Below are positions 56,628-64,000 of a DNA stretch of 64,000 bases, in pieces. Below the pieces are notes generated by a model. The model was not told where the DNA came from. It was given only the letters and a program-made list of their open reading frames with translations, and made no database searches. The position numbers and the translations under genes were made by a program. Numbering within the stretch: position 1 is the first letter of the stretch; each line of letters begins with the position of its first letter. Source of the DNA: Balanoglossus misakiensis (lineage: Eukaryota; Animalia; Hemichordata); contig CM082591.2 of the NCBI GenBank assembly GCA_040954595.2, positions 9,441,309-9,505,308 on the forward strand. The letters run 5' to 3'.

Positions 56628-59600
56628 ATTAGGGGACCAAGCGCCTGAGGGTGCTTGGTCCCCTTCTGTTATTGCTGGAGTTTTTTCTTCTTTCTCTTTG
56701 AGTCGTTTTTTTGCTCCCGTTTTTCTCAAAAATCCCTGGACGCACGTCTATGAAACTTGGCACGGTGCTTGGGGTACATGCTTACTGGTGCACCTGCCCT
56801 TTGATTTTGTAATTAGTCATGTGACTTGGTGGCTATAATCGAGCGAAATTTTCAAATTGACCTTATTTGCACGTTAATGGCGGCATTTAAATTCTTTTCT
56901 CAAACTTTGTACACCATATGACCAAATTCCCCTGTGCTAAATTTCAAGGTCCTAGGCCACGTCGATTTTGAGAAGAAGATTTTTGTAATATTTTTCGCAT
57001 TTTTTGGTCGGCTGAGGACGCACACTGGGGTATCGGACTTTCACTGTCATTACGTAATCCTGCGGAGGTCTCATTAGCAGGGTACACACTTCCTTGGAAA
57101 ATTGGCTGAAATACGTAAACATTGATTGCGTTCCCGATTTTTGGGGTACCGTAACAAGATATCGTAACCGAATTTCAGAATAAGAAAACGCCAGCTTATG
57201 ATTATCGCCCACAGTTCAAGAGTTCTTACACAACCAGTGTACATCATTATCTTTTTGGGCAAACTCGTGTCTATTTCGCCCGGTCATATCAACTTATAAA
57301 TACATATATAGTTCTATTTCTATAATTTTACATACAAACAAATATTTCAATCAATACATTTCTTCTTTACAAAATATACTTCGTTATTCTACAATGAAAA
57401 GTCCAACTTGCTTTGTTATTCTTTTCACTGTATTTCGAAACATGGATTTTGTTTATTATCTTTAACGTTTTTACAGATTGGCACGACTTTTGGCTCCGCA
57501 TTTTTCCCACATTTGTATGATGTGCAGTTTGATAATTCAGTAATCTTAATGTTAAATTGTGCAACTTTATTCAATTTCCCAATAATCTACTCCCCTGTCT
57601 TACAAAGATTTAAACTCGCCGGTTGATCTTTTATAAACATATATATTTATTTATATACCTGGTTTCCAGTACATTTTAAATAAAATTAGTCAATGTTATT
57701 GTAATTAAACTTAGGTTACTCCTTTTTTATTAAACAATATCTAGTAACGTTTAAATGTTGTCCAATTTGGTATCACGGTTAGAAATTCCGTATTCATCAA
57801 TTAAATTAAGCACCCAAGCTAGTATTTTTTCTCTACTGATATAGACTTGCATATCACCTGCCAACTGAGAAAAAAACATGTTTTTATTGATGAGGATACT
57901 GTTGAAGTGCAATACTAGTTAGTTTATAATGTCAATAGTAATACATAGTGGAGAAAGTATACGTATTGTATGTAGTTAAAATTCGCAAACTTTTTTGTTG
58001 TTGTTTTCACGAAAAAATATTTGGTCAGATGACCAGGTTGATCAGCTAATTGATAGGTATAAAATATGCATGCTGTTGCCAGAATAGCCACCAAATATTT
58101 ATGCATTCATTGAATAAAGATCAAATTGTTGATTGCCTACTGAAGCGGCTGCACATGCGCAGCTGCTGTTTACTAGTTGCCAGTCGAGCCCCCCCCCTCG
58201 TAACTGTTCGATGGAGCGTCGCGACTCGAGTTGCGCGTCGAGTTGCCTACCGAGTTGCCTTGTGTAACTCGGCCGTTAGTATCTCGTGCGCACGACTCAG
58301 TATCTCGTGCTCACGAGATAGTTTCTTGTGCGCACGACGTAGTATCTCGTGCTCTCGAGATAGTATCTCGTGCACACGACTTAGTATCTCGTGCGCACGC
58401 GATACTGCCTCATAGTATATTATTAGCACTGGCATTATTAACTATGAAGTTTCATGCACTTTATTGCGGATGCTTGGTGATTTTCACTTTCATTATGTAA
58501 GGAAAGAAGCCATTCCTTTATATTTCAACACGGGTTTCAACTATTGTGAAATGTTGGCTTTGAAAGCAAATATCACGGTTTTATTCTGAGCTTGTGAAAT
58601 TTAAAGAGAATATTGTACAAGAATGGATTGTACAGACGAAAACACCAGTCAGATGCCACCGACGTTATATCATACCTAAGCTATCAACCGGTCGGCTATA
58701 CATAAATACAGATGGATGAAATGTCTTCAACATGGTCCTGTAATTGTCCAAGAAAGCGCCCAGCTACTTCATCATATATCTATCAGTAAAATATGTCGTT
58801 AGCGACGTCGTAACCAGCATGTTCTTCACAATGGCAATCCTACACTTTAACTTCAATCTACAACTCTAAATTTGGCAACGTAGCCAATACCCGTTTCAGT
58901 GTTCAATAAGTGTATAACTCAAAGCAAAGCAAAATTTAGAACTATTATCCACTCTTCAAAACATTGTGATGAAATGCTCGAGACACGGATCTGGAAAGCC
59001 CTTAGTCTGAAATTAGCAGTGACTTTTTGGTGACATTGAATGTGACATACAAAATAATTAAACTGTCTGGCCACGTAACCTCCCGCCTTGATCATGCGAA
59101 ATTATTTCGCACGACTTAGTATCTCGTGCTCACGAGATAGTTTCTCGTGCGCACGACTTAGTATCTCAGGCTCACGAGATAGTATCTCGTGCGCACGACT
59201 TAGTATCTCGTGCGCACGACTTAGTATCTCGTGCTCACGAGATAGTATCTCGTGCTCACGACTTAGTATCTCGTGCGCACGAGATAAAAAAAATATTTGC
59301 TTTACGAAATGTCCCTAACAGGCTTTCATACTATCCAGACCAGGCTACACTGGTTAACATAGCGGCAGCGGACTTTGACCCTCAGTTGCTAATGGGCGAG
59401 TCAGATTTCATTAGCATTGTAGTCACATGTAGTGGGTATTAGTTCGGGAAATCGGCCGAATATTTAAGCAGAACAGTGATTTTCTTGCACGAAGGGAGTA
59501 TGGTACCAGCAATAATCAGAGATCAGGCTTCGTTACCGTTCAAAAGTTCCTACCTCAGTCGTGACGTTGCAACTGGACGTTCAGTATGGGGGTTGGCCCG

Positions 59601-60437
59601 CAGGTGGCCGTGGGGGTTATCAGGTCGCCCGTAATGGCACGCAGCTTCATGCAGCTGTATGGGACCAAAATAATACGCCCGATTCGGGGGTCACCTGTGA
59701 CACCTGCGTAACTCAATTATGTGCATGCGTAATTGTGGGGTCAATGAAAGGGATGCTAGCGTGGTTTTTGTTGCACATGGATCAATATGAAGTCCGATTT
59801 TCATGTCAAGTTGTGGGCGACCTTATGTGACATTTCACCTACTTTTGCTTAGTGAATAACAGCAGATGCATGCAGCTTTGGCGTGGGGGGGGGGGTATAC
59901 GGATGGGACCATAATGATATACCATAGGCGGGGTCACCTGTTGCACCTGCCTAAGTCATTGATTTTGTACATTTAATTTTACACTAAGCAACAGGCCGAT
60001 ATGTGGTGTTTTAGTTCCACAGGGACGAATGTAAGTGTCAGTTGGTTTGTGCCCAAATGTATAAGGTGATTTAGATGACCTCTGTCGTACAGTGCCACAT
60101 CTCAGCACGTTGTACAGGTGCAGCTTTGGTATTTGGAGGGATGAAACTATCATGAAATGCCAAATACAGGGGGATACCTGTCACACCTGCTTGATACATG
60201 CATACCTAATGGTAGGCAAAGTGAAAGGGCTGCAAATGTAGGATTTGACATAAACAGGAATGACATTTTTTTGTCAAATTTTTGGGTGACCTCAGGTGTC
60301 CATTGACCTGCTTTCCATATGTTAGCATGCACCACATATATAGCCAGGTGTTTGGAGGGGTAGGGTAGGACCCTCTGTGTCATGAAATGCTAAATTCCTG
60401 GGGCCACCTGTAACTTACTTGCGTAACTCATTATTAT
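56628..60437 (+). mobile_element. Non-autonomous Helentron/HINE-like element, copy 2, with internal insertion 57122-59330 and cut at 60437
   Basis: Starts with the hairpin AGGGGACCAAGC..GCTTGGTCCCCT. Segments 56665-57121 and 59331-60437 match the reverse complement of 22320-21845 and 21725-20652. Confidence 0.7.
58277..59285. repeat. Two arrays of 21-bp palindromic tandem units (about 58277-58400 and 59110-59285)
   Basis: Units TAGTATCTCGTGCGCACGACT and TAGTATCTCGTGCTCACGAGA, with no spacers. Confidence 0.9.
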
Positions 60438-60987
60438 TATACACCTACTGCTGTAACCTATGGAGTTCCGTAATATAATAATTCGCGGTATCACCGTACA
60501 ATAATTATTCAAATGAGGACGCGGAGTCCAATAACACCAGGGTTATTGGACGCATTGTGACTTTGACCTCACAGGACTGGTGATCAATGTAAACAATGAT
60601 GATATTAACTCTACTCTGACAAAAAATTATATTAAAAATACACAGCCGTTATTAAACAAAATTATTGGTGACCCAAGATACGAAATAAGTCAAAATCCAC
60701 GCTGAAATTTCAGTTGAAGGAATCTGTGAACGAACAGGCGACCGCGTTCATTTCAAGTTCCAGAACAGTCTACCCGATCGCCATAAAAGGAGTGCTTCAT
60801 TTAAATAAATGAATATTCATAAGAGAAGCGTTGCTATAGTATCATGTGGCCTCAGCCAATCAGATCGAATAAAATCTCGATCATGCATTGTACACGAAGT
60901 AGGTCACTACGTCAACAAAAATATTGGCAGTTCCGGGTTTTGTAGTTGTCGTCTGCTACTATCCGAACGCACAACAAGTATTGCAAG

Positions 60988-61380
60988 ATGCCGAAGGTTG
61001 TGATCCACGGTGTTTTTGCTGTGGGAATGATCCATTACGACGGTCTTTTGACCAAGGGTGGCGTGTACCGTTTGCTCCGTGAGAAGAACAACCCTCACGA
61101 CCCTCATGCCATTGCCATTGTTGAGAATTCTGCGGAAGCCCGGCACATTCTTGGCCATTTGAAGAGAGATGCGGATGCATTACTTGCTGGAGTAATGGAT
61201 GCACGTCTTTCTTCAAATGGCGTATATTATTTGAAAGTACAGTGCCGTGCTCCCGTTAATTCTGGGCGAAGTGGCATTGGACAAGAATGTACGGTCGGCT
61301 TCCTACTCAAGCTGGCCGATGTAGATCGAGCAACAGACATCGTGCCCGACAAGGGTTTCCGGGTTACCTACATACAGTAA
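60988..61380 (+). CDS. Stand-alone HIRAN-domain protein (130 aa, intronless)
   Basis: MPKVVIHGVFAVGMIHYDGLLTKGGVYRLLREKNNPHDPHAIAIV...ILGHLKRDADALLAGVMD fits the HIRAN pattern vG..Y...L.RE..N..D..AI.V...lG.l.r..a..la..mD. A CCAAT box lies at about 60855. Confidence 0.8.
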   Translation: MPKVVIHGVFAVGMIHYDGLLTKGGVYRLLREKNNPHDPHAIAIVENSAEARHILGHLKRDADALLAGVMDARLSSNGVYYLKVQCRAPVNSGRSGIGQECTVGFLLKLADVDRATDIVPDKGFRVTYIQ

Positions 61381-61399
61381 CTGAAAAACCCGAACAAAC

Positions 61400-61438
61400 G
61401 GCCCTTTTCAGGGCCAACACATTCTCAAAGAAGAGAAC
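61400..61438 (+). promoter_or_regulatory. Replication-dependent histone-type 3' processing signal (stem-loop plus putative HDE)
   Basis: CAAAC-GGCCCT-TTTC-AGGGCC-AACAC (stem-loop 61400-61415) starts 20 nt after the HIRAN stop. Purine-rich CAAAGAAGAGAAC follows at 61426-61438. Confidence 0.88.
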
Positions 61439-62639
61439 TACCGTTTAAACAACAAACACACTTTACTTTGTCATGAATAGTTCAGAGCTTTTCCTACACA
61501 TTACTATGTTAAACATGGCCATTTTCAGAGATTTAATTCATCTTCCAGAAACAAAATTATTCAATCTGTGAAAAGGGGATGGCATGCATTGTGTCAGTTC
61601 ATCTTCATCAGAATTTATGAACCAAGCCAAAAAGGCAAAATCTTTTCATTGATGGGGAATGGGTTCAACCTCAATTCAACAATCAAATTCCTGAGTTTTG
61701 TTGGTATTTTTAGGAAATGTGAATGATAAACTAAAAAAGGCACAATCGTACCCAGAAATTTTAATACGCACATGGTTCTCATTCATTTATTGTTTTCTCT
61801 CAATAACAAATATACCAAGCATAATTACGACATCATATACAATTTCTTGTTTAATCAAGCATACCCAGTATTATCCTCAGTACTGAGCAACATTGACAAC
61901 AGTCAATATATGCACAACCAGTATTGTTATTGTTTGAAAACGAGTGATCAAGTTACACATTTTCTAATAAACTGTAGCAGTGGAGTTCAATCGTAAGTAC
62001 TCTCTACTAAGAAGAATACTTAGTGTTACATGCTGAACTGTGTATATATCAAAAAAGTTGATACACAGATCAAAATTGTTGAGAAATCCTACAACAGTTA
62101 CATCTATACTCTCCCTTTCAACATTCTCATGACATACAATAAAGGCAATTCATAATGTGAGTTATCAACAAATAGTACCAGTACACATACAATTCAGAAA
62201 CGTTTGATTGCATTTCAATACCTACTCTTGTTTGTCATTGCTTAGTTATCAAATTAACTGTACGAATAGGGACAATTATGTCATATAGACTGTAACAATA
62301 TTTAGCTTGATTGTGTGTGCAGAGGCAGACCCAGGGAAACACCATACATACCTGAAAGACGAATAACAATTTATGTCAAATATGTAATACATGTACACAA
62401 AATCAAGGGAAGCATTCAACAGATCTTGCGCAATATAGTTCTAAATATAAAAATGAATTTAAACAGTGTAATCAACACGAGGTTTCAAGCAAAACAATAA
62501 TGAAAATTATGTGACTGACTATTGCTGGATCAGTGCAAAATACCATAAATAGGAAAGTAACACCAAGGCATTTATATACACAGGAGTTCATTAAATGAGC
62601 AGCTGTCATATTTCAATGACATCCAACTACACCAAACCT

Positions 62640-64000
62640 TTATGTCTCAACCAGGTCAGACTCTCCACTTACTACTTTCTTAACATCAACTACCAGCTCA
62701 ATCCATTTAGCCTTTGTAGCTTTTTGTTTTTTCAGTGTGTCAAATTTTGGGGTTAGGACTGACTTAGCATAATCAGGTAGGACTGTTAAGATAACCTCTA
62801 TTTCCTCCATAAGTTGTTTGATTGTTTTAGATTCCAATTTATTGAGTGTTGACCTCTCATTTTTGATTACAACCAATATTGGCCTATGACATCTTTTTGC
62901 AGGAAATTTACCTGCCCATAGGTATTCAGTTATGAATTCCATCCGTCTATTACGGGCCTTCATATCAAACTGCAATAACTCTTCATCTAATTCCTCCCCG
63001 TGTACATTAACTATTGGTCTTCCCTCACGTGGTATCAGATATTTCCTGTTTCTAAGAAGGACTCTAAATTTATGAATATCATTTCCACTTGGAGGAGAAA
63101 TGCGATCTCTGTTTTCGCTCCTATTTAAGCCTATTGACTTAAAAACTCTATTTCGAAGATCAACTAGAGTGTCATGATTTCGGATAACAGTTTCCCATTT
63201 TTTGTAGTCAGGTACTCCTGAAATCCAAGATTTGATTGATTTATTGTATTCCTCTAATACAAAACCTAGCCCCTGGTGTTTATTATCTTTACAAGATCTA
63301 GAAACAGTTTCATACATTTGTAAGGTGGTACAGAGGGGTTCAGGTTGACAAAGACGATCATACTCATCCCAGGCTTCAATTTCCTGATATCGTGGATGGT
63401 TGCGACCAAACCATATGGGAGCAAACAACTGCCTACCTGTTCTTATTAGTTTTGAGTCATTAAGCCGAACGCCTTTCCGGAATAAATGAATTCCAAGACA
63501 GTGTGGAAGCATAGTGTACCATATGAAGTGAATTGTGTCATCTGCACTAGCCTGATCTCTTACCCACTCTAGGAAGTCATAAGGGGATGGGGTTCTTGAA
63601 TCATTACAATAGGACTGAAGAAGCTCTAGCCAAATACCATCATGAAATTTGCAAAAATTGTCAAAACTTTGGTGATGGTCACAACATTTCTTAAAGAAAA
63701 CCTGAGCTTTATCACTTAAGAATCCCTGTGAGCGGCCAAACTCAGCATAAATTATGTGCCAATACATTTCAGCAAATGATTTTAACATGTTGATTTCCTC
63801 GTGGCCAGGTCCTGTCCTCAAAAGTACCCAGTCGAACTCATTTGAACGATCAATTGCTGTCCTCACTAAATGTTGTGGAAGGCCATCACATCGAACAATA
63901 ACCCACTCCCTATTTCCTTTCCCATTATGGTATTTGTGGATCCCAGCATGTTTCCCAATATATCGGAGGACTTCAACAAGTGCTCCTTGTGATGATGGAT
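62640..64000 (-). CDS. C-terminal part of an Academ/DUF6589-like RNase H-fold transposase
   Basis: The frame stays open to the window edge (PSSQGALVEVLRYIGKHAGI...WVIVRCDGLP). Motifs CDGLP, LLRTGPGHEEINM, DHHQSF, RNHPRY and VLEEYNKSIK resemble the D...GxxH...E-xx-N-xxx-K spacing of Academ-type transposases. The family call is by eye only. Confidence 0.6.
   Translation of the reverse strand, partial: PSSQGALVEVLRYIGKHAGIHKYHNGKGNREWVIVRCDGLPQHLVRTAIDRSNEFDWVLLRTGPGHEEINMLKSFAEMYWHIIYAEFGRSQGFLSDKAQVFFKKCCDHHQSFDNFCKFHDGIWLELLQSYCNDSRTPSPYDFLEWVRDQASADDTIHFIWYTMLPHCLGIHLFRKGVRLNDSKLIRTGRQLFAPIWFGRNHPRYQEIEAWDEYDRLCQPEPLCTTLQMYETVSRSCKDNKHQGLGFVLEEYNKSIKSWISGVPDYKKWETVIRNHDTLVDLRNRVFKSIGLNRSENRDRISPPSGNDIHKFRVLLRNRKYLIPREGRPIVNVHGEELDEELLQFDMKARNRRMEFITEYLWAGKFPAKRCHRPILVVIKNERSTLNKLESKTIKQLMEEIEVILTVLPDYAKSVLTPKFDTLKKQKATKAKWIELVVDVKKVVSGESDLVET

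Larger units (their letters stand above)
60438..64000. mobile_element. One end of a probable Academ-like DNA transposon carrying a HIRAN gene
   Basis: Similarity to the HINE paralog stops abruptly after 60437. The sequence beyond holds a HIRAN ORF and a transposase-like ORF. The other end is outside the window, so TIR and TSD cannot be verified. Confidence 0.55.

Noticed and set aside
58277-59285. CRISPR-like array
   Set aside because: The units abut without unique spacers, no cas genes are present, and the context is eukaryotic.
60988-61415. A histone gene, or a bacterial gene with an intrinsic terminator (contamination)
   Set aside because: I found no histone-like peptide before the stem-loop. 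The hairpin lacks a U-tract and matches the histone consensus, and the region is contiguous with an animal repeat.

Overview
AT-rich, intron-containing animal genomic DNA. The gene families and repeats suggest a marine invertebrate deuterostome, perhaps a hemichordate (inference). Host genes were rebuilt by hand from GT-AG splice sites and frame continuity: the first exon of a secreted laccase-like protein (-), a TRIM RING remnant, a secreted C-type lectin (+), a DED-NACHT (NLR-type) pseudogene (-), an intact cytosolic sulfotransferase (+) and a secreted C-type lectin fused to a chitin-binding CBM14 domain (-). They lie among many nested transposons: a 6.7-kb PIF/Harbinger element, a young gag-only LTR element plus an older solo LTR, TTAA-flanked and Harbinger-type MITEs, two Helentron/HINE-like copies, Crypton-like hairpin elements, a 5.5-kb foldback element and an Academ-like element running off the right edge. 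Best candidate for a new system: an intronless stand-alone HIRAN-domain gene inside the Academ-like insertion that ends in a canonical replication-dependent histone mRNA 3' stem-loop followed by a purine-rich downstream element, suggesting S-phase expression through SLBP/U7. Other highlights are mutually interleaved transposase and MADF-BESS genes in the Harbinger, and four long hairpins that share strand-specific tandem G.A mismatches. All family assignments come from motif recognition by eye; no searches were run.
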